A stretch of 63,807 nucleotides of DNA, the filler included, from Octopus bimaculoides (lineage: Eukaryota): the NCBI RefSeq assembly GCF_001194135.2. It is 9 parts of 8 records of this genome, joined end to end, with 100 filler letters (N's around TTAATTAATTAA, not from the genome) between each part and the next. Parts side by side here need not be neighbours in the genome. Positions count along the whole stretch, not along the records: positions 60,091 to 63,807 come from NC_068990.1; 8 more parts are not named here. One strand, 5' to 3'. Below are positions 61,353-63,807 of this stretch, piece after piece; the stretch's first letter is position 1, and every line of letters begins with the position of its first letter. The notes under the pieces were generated by a model. It was not told where the DNA came from and made no database searches. It saw only the letters and a program-made list of their open reading frames with translations. The translations under genes and the position numbers were made by a program.

Positions 61353-61583
61353 CGAAAGAAAGACAGTGAGAGAGAGAGAGAGAAAGAGAGAGAATGAGAG
61401 AGACATATTCACATCTATACATAAATAGATATGCATATATAAAGAATATATTCTCATACATATATACCCATACATAAATATGCACATATGTTTACGCACA
61501 TAAAATCGAAATTACCTACATAAATGCATACATGACACATTCGTGCATATGTATGTATGTATGTATGTATGTATGCTTGCATG

Positions 61584-61620
<37 letters not shown>

Positions 61621-62488
61621 GTATGTATGTGTGTGTATGTCTATTTATGAGCATGTATTTATAGATACATACATATATAATGTATATATGAATATATTTA
61701 TCTATGCATATATATATATATACATCCATCAATCCATCCATGCATACATACATTCATACATGTATCCATACATACACACATACATGCACATATACATGCA
61801 TACATACGTACATTCATTCATATATACATATATACATTCATACGTATATACGTGTGATGTATGTGCGTATGTGTAGAATACATCTCGTGCCGTATTTAAT
61901 CACTTGTACACGCCTTAACTGGCTTGATATGCATACATGCAATGTGATGAGCAATTCTACGTTTGGTGAACGAAGTCCCCCGAGGGGGTTGGGCTAAGGA
62001 GTGGTGTCGATGATGTGGTATGGAAGTGTGGCTCGGTGGAGTCGGGCGGAGGTGGTCGGAAAGGTCACAGGATCTAAAATGATGAAACTCAAGAATATAT
62101 AAAGAAAAAAAAAAGTAAGAATAAAAAAATGTCCAAGACAATATATATGTGTGCGTGTGTGTGTGTATATATATATGTATATAATAAAATGATTTCAAGA
62201 GACTGGAGCTGATGGCAAAACTAGTTAGTTATGTCGGTGGTGGTGGTGGTGGTGGCGTTGGTAGTGATTGTGGTGGGGATGGGTATTGAAGATGTAAGGG
62301 CATTAGTAGAATGATGACAGTGGTGGTGGTGGTGGTGGTGGTGAAATGGGTTTGTTGGCGTGAGTGTGTGTGTGCGTGTGTATATATATGTTGTGGGTGT
62401 CTGTGTACATGTACGTATATATTTGTATTTACATACATATATACGTGTCTGTGTGTGTGTATTTGTATTACATACATAGTCTTTCCTT

Positions 62489-62546
<58 letters not shown>

Positions 62547-63379
62547 TACATATATAAGTATGTATATACATATGCATTTATAACACATACATGCATTCAT
62601 ATATATACATATATACATACACACATTAGATAAGTGCGTAGATGATAGGGGACAGTGAGGGATGTTTCACTTTTTAGTTGCAGTGGTAATGGTATTGTAC
62701 GTGTTAAGGGCAGTTGGTGTTGGAGTTAATAAAAAAAATAAAAATCATGAAATAAAATAAAAAGACACAGAGGGAAACGAGTGGACATCAGGAATTTGTC
62801 CTAGATTCTGGCTGTTAGGGACATTCTTGTCATTCCTTTTATTCGAAATCTATAATTTCGAATCACCAAAGCCAGCTGCATGTCTTTTGTGCGTATATAT
62901 TTTTTTTCCATTTTGTTTTTCTTCCATTATATTTCTTAGATCGTCTGCCTATTTGCTTGTCTGGCTTATTTGATCGTCTGATTATTTGAGTTTTTCTTTA
63001 TCCTCTCATTCTTTGGATATCTGTTATGTTTGACCGCCTGGGTTGTCCGATTGTCTGAGTTGTTACATTATGTTGTTATATTGTTGTCGCTGTTGTTGTT
63101 GTTGTTGTTGTTGCTGTGTACTTGTCTGATTGTCTGCATATTTTGACCATCCAAACGGTAGAAATTGCATGATTGGCTGGATTACTTGATTTTTCTGACT
63201 TTGTCTGATTGTTATATTTGATTGTCTCAAGAGTACTCAATGAGACTGATTCGCCGGATGTCCGATTGATTGCTTGGTGGTTTTATTAGTCGATTGTCTG
63301 TTGTTACCATTGTCTGACTTGTTTGACCATCCGAATTGTTTGATTGTCCACTATCTGTGTTTGGGTTTGTTTGTTTCTT

Positions 63380-63420
<41 letters not shown>

Positions 63421-63711
63421 TCACTCACTCACTCACTCACTTTCCTCTCTATCATATCTCTGATTTTCCTTCTATATATTCAACGGACACCAACTGATTC
63501 ATTTCTTCCGTCTCTATCTTTCTTTTTCTTTCAATAATTGCTTTTATTTCTTGCGCCCTTCTCTCTTTTCACACCTTTTACTCTACCTTTTCTCCTCCTT
63601 CTCCTCTCTCTCTCACACTTTCTACCCCTCTTTCGTTTTATTTCTTCTTAATTTCTTGCGCTCTCACTCTTAATTACCACGACATTTAACTATAGTCACC
63701 TACACACTTGC

Positions 63712-63732
63712 AATGATGACGATGACGATGAC

Positions 63733-63776
<44 letters not shown>

Positions 63777-63807
63777 CGACGACGAGGAGGAGGAGGAGGA
63801 GGTGGTG
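63712..63807. repeat. (GAT)n/(GAC)n/(GAG)n tract
   Basis: Direct sequence. Confidence 0.95.

Overview
AT-rich eukaryotic genomic DNA with very high microsatellite density and many N gaps. Eight gaps carry a standardised 44N-TTAATTAATTAA-44N linker. The SINE families and repeat landscape look cephalopod, probably Octopus; this is inference from pattern recognition, not a search. The only host coding sequence I can support is a 5' coding exon of a D-2-hydroxyacid dehydrogenase (glyoxylate/hydroxypyruvate reductase-like) at 53832-54294(+), ending in a GTAAGT donor. The rest is mobile DNA and simple repeats: three groups of tRNA-headed SINEs, R4/Dong-type RLE retrotransposon fragments beside (TAA)n arrays, Penelope-like (GIY-YIG) fragments, an RTE remnant, mariner and maT (DD37D) remnants, Helitron termini and several fold-back/MITE-like elements. 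The most notable signal is five minimal type I hammerhead-ribozyme motifs in four sequence families. One apparently intact motif forms the tail of a tRNA-headed, SINE-like element lying sense in the first intron of the dehydrogenase gene, and the same tail is fused to a Penelope-like coding fragment at 748-924. All alignments and folds were done by eye.
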